This document shows, piece after piece, positions 61,987-64,000 of a stretch of 64,000 nt of DNA. The notes under the pieces were generated by a model. The model saw only the letters and a program-made list of their open reading frames with translations, made no database searches and had not been told where the DNA came from. The first letter of the stretch is position 1. Every line of letters begins with the position of its first letter. Source of the stretch: Vicugna vicugna (lineage: Eukaryota). The stretch is from the NCBI GenBank assembly GCA_013265495.1, contig MU057947.1:1511070-1575069 (forward strand), in the 5' to 3' direction. The position numbers and the translations under genes were made by a program.

Positions 61987-64000
61987 TCACCCGCGCTGGA
62001 ACTCCCACCCGCATGTCACGACAGCGGCCTGGCGGCAACGGGCCGTCTGCCTGCCTGGGCTCTGGCATCCGCGCTCCCCCCTGCCAGGATCACTTCCCCG
62101 GGGTTGGCAGCCCCCATCCGACTCCCCGCCCTGGGACACACGCTCGGCTCACTCCGATGCCCTATCGGGGCCCTGCCTGCCTGTCCGCGGCTGCCCTTCC
62201 TGCATCTCGTGTTCCCGGCGATTCGGGGCTGGGGGAATCCGGGGCTGGGGAGCCACGGAGCCCGGCAGTTCACAGCAGCCCCCGGAGTGCCACAGGCAGA
62301 GTGGCCATCATCACTGAGTGGTGACGTGGGTCAGCAGCCACCCTCAGTAGGTAAGAGGGCGATTATTTCAATCCATTGTATTCCAGAGGCAAATGATACA
62401 ATGAAGTTTTCCTTTCATCTACAAAAATAATTTCACACCTTTTAATGACATAATCACAGCTAATTAATCCTACAGGCTATTCTGTTTTATACATGTAGCT
62501 ATTAATTTACACACAAAAAAGCTAGGAAATGTTCTAAAATGACATCAGTTTGAATATTTCTCATAAATGTTACAAAGGAAGCCTTTTAAAGTTCACATTT
62601 GACAAATGCTAAGTGCCATGGCCCATGAACAGGTTTTTCTTTTCTTTTTTTTTTTTTAAGGCTTTTACTGTCTAAGATGTAACAAATGAATATTTAAAAA
62701 CGGCCTTGTTTGGCCTTGGTTCAAGACGACACAGATGGTGGAGAAGGCCTGATGGTGGGTGAGGCTTCCCTGAGAGCAATGGAAACATTTTATGATTGCT
62801 TAAGGGAAAAACAAAATGCAGAGATCGGTTCTGGAGGCTCATTGCTCTGGAGAGAGGGACCCGTGGGCCCTAGGACGGAGAGAGAGCCGGGCTGAGACCC
62901 AGGCGCAGGACCCGCTCAGGCCGTCATCTCCTGGGCCAGGAGCCCTGTCGGCCTCACCTGGGTGACCTCTGGCTCTAGGGGGTGGGTCCCCCTTCCACAG
63001 TTGCACCCAGACCTCAGAGACCGTGTGGCTCAGCTCAGGGAAGGAGAAGCTACAACCAGAAGGGGAAGGGCAGGGGTCCGTGGCGGGCAAAGCCAGCAGG
63101 TGTCCAGGGACAGCCGATACTTCAGTGATGAGGAAAAAGTGACCTAATTCCGAGCATTCAGACACAGGCACGTTGTCGATTTCAGATAAGCAATCAATGA
63201 CAGGCCAGCACGTAGTGGGTGGGTAATCAGCCTTTTGCAAATTTAGAATTTAATTATGTTTAAAATATCTGCATTATAAAGCAATATGTTTAGCATAATT
63301 ATAAATGCCATTTGGGGTGGTGCGTTTTTCTTAGTTGTTGGGTAATTTCCTGAAATCGGAGTCCCGTGTTCTTCCCTAAATTATGACCTGGGTAATCTGG
63401 CATTTTGTTAAAGGTAGAAGAAAAATTACAAAATGTTCAGCATGAGGTTTGCAAGCTGGGAAGTAAATGTTGTGGAAATGTACCTAAAAAGATTCTCTGA
63501 ATACAGTTCGCCTTGCATTTAAATATTCATCTTATTCAATTGATGGGAGTTTTCTAGGTGCATCCCGCATGCAGGATTGAGGGGAATTTTTTATATCTAT
63601 TTATAAATTGATCTATTTATCTACCTGTCCATTCACCAGCCATCCACCAGGCTCTCTGACTTCTGGGTTGACCACCTGCTGGCACCTGAGACACGCAAGT
63701 GTACCCCAGCCCTTGAGTCAGTTCCAACCCGAGGCGAAGCTGAGAAGGTCCCAAATGCGGGGAAAAGGCAAACACTGTGAAAGCCGGCAGGAGGCAAGGC
63801 GTTGTCTTCTGCAGGTGGCTGGGGTGCCTGGAGAGGACATGAAGGACCAGAAGGGCTTGGCCACACACGGGGGAAAGGGACAGTGCGATGTGGACACAGC
63901 ATGAGCTGAGGCTTCAGTCGTTTACCCCCGGAGCCCCAGCTGCTCTGGCGGACAGGTCCCAGTGCGGACGGAGACTTACCAAGCTGGGCGCTCTGGGGAA

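Noticed and set aside
1..64000. L1 strand bias as an indicator of host-gene orientation; CRISPR-like or prokaryotic systems
   Set aside because: Plus and minus L1 fragments are roughly equal in number, so orientation is uninformative. No regularly spaced repeat-spacer array or operon-like coding density exists.

Overview
This window is mammalian non-coding DNA (intronic or intergenic), GC-rich and subtelomeric in character. It is most likely from a cetartiodactyl, probably a camelid. That inference rests on Artiodactyla/camelid-type L1 3' ends, a Tigger1a_Art-like element, and my seeing no Bov-tA/Bov-A2, PRE-1, CHR-2, Can-SINE or Alu copies. I can support no intact protein-coding gene, RNA gene or CRISPR array. 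The only ORF-track entries with recognisable homology are decayed LINE-1 ORF1/ORF2 fragments. A large share of the window is fossil transposons: L1, L2, MIR, HAL1-like, ERV1/ERVL/MaLR LTRs, Tigger1 and MER5. Between them lie CpG-rich patches and AT-rich, repeat-free blocks that look like conserved enhancers. The best observations are a clustered REST/NRSF (RE1) site at about 11.6 kb, two twin-primed (5'-inverted) L1 insertions with target-site duplications, nested LTR insertions, and patchy AT-to-GC rewriting of old repeats. I found no evidence for a new biological system. Repeat family names come from recall of consensus sequences, not a database search, and boundaries are approximate unless a TSD or terminus is quoted.
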